Source of the DNA: Candidatus Omnitrophota bacterium | Lineage (GTDB): Bacteria > Omnitrophota > Gorgyraeia > Zapsychrales > JANLHA01 | Reading direction: 5' to 3' | Assembly (NCBI GenBank): GCA_020632535.1 | Contig: JACKFJ010000002.1 | Span: forward strand, 120,245-184,244 | DNA: 64,000 nucleotides | In this document: piece after piece, positions 63,955 through 64,000 of the stretch | Layout: each line of letters begins with the position of its first letter | Numbering within the stretch: position 1 is the first letter of the stretch | Made by a program: the position numbers and the translations under genes | Notes under the pieces: generated by a model | Database searches by the model: none | What the model saw: only the letters and a program-made list of their open reading frames with translations | Told to the model about the DNA's origin: nothing

Positions 63955-64000
63955 AACAGCCGCATTGATTCCTTCAACAGAACCCGCGTTTAAGAAATTA

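Noticed and set aside
10476-63421. About 60 short plus-strand or alternative-frame ORFs inside 10156..63954 (for example 19015..19431, 49765..50238, 17371..17721)
   Set aside because: All lie antisense or out of frame within a continuous 53.8-kb ORF whose translation carries many recognisable domains. Their composition is typical of antisense AT-rich noise.
10156-63954. Possibility that the giant ORF is a chance open frame or a fusion of many genes created by assembly error
   Set aside because: A 17,932-codon stop-free frame is impossible by chance in AT-rich DNA, and codon usage is uniform throughout. Mis-assembly at the tandem repeats cannot be excluded from sequence alone and is flagged in the findings.
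1-64000. Searched for tRNA, rRNA and tmRNA-like sequences, including inside the 8217..8341 structured element
   Set aside because: I could recognise no GTTCGAATC-type T-loops with matching acceptor stems, and no rRNA signatures. The 8217..8341 element does not fit a tRNA cloverleaf.

Overview
The window holds a low-GC bacterial chromosomal segment with two very different halves. The left ~10 kb is ordinary housekeeping DNA. It contains the 5' part of a minus-strand TonB-dependent receptor gene (BtuB-like) that runs off the left edge. The ORF track missed it because it has no in-window stop. It is preceded by a cobalamin (B12) riboswitch whose expression platform is an intrinsic terminator. 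Next comes a minus-strand three-gene operon: a secreted TPR/coiled-coil protein and two small membrane proteins. After that are mutS (+) and mutL (+), separated by a highly structured intergenic region with two nested perfect inverted repeats. The right ~54 kb (10156..63954, minus strand) is one uninterrupted ORF of 17,932 codons. It is still open in frame at the window edge, so the real gene is longer. This giant protein is not an Ig-like repeat adhesin. It is a mosaic of full-length homologues of normally stand-alone enzymes and regulators: glycogen synthase GlgA-like, AceK-like, RelA/SpoT synthetase plus ACT, an HD domain, PhaC-like and other alpha/beta hydrolases, a PPDK N-terminal ATP-grasp, two LOG domains, a TIM barrel, NTase and GNAT modules, a kinase-like fold, and about eight XRE-type HTH modules. 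It also contains TPR and coiled-coil stretches and at least six clusters of transmembrane helices. The modules are punctuated by a recurring [ST]-A-S-S-A-[ILV] motif that is also conserved at the nucleotide level (GCTTCCAGCGCG), often exactly at domain boundaries. The gene contains recent in-frame internal duplications, with 693-bp and ~1.6-kb periods. I recognised no tRNA, rRNA, CRISPR or IS elements. Sub-domain coordinates inside the giant gene are approximate (about +/-60 bp); they were obtained by reverse-translating motifs found by eye.
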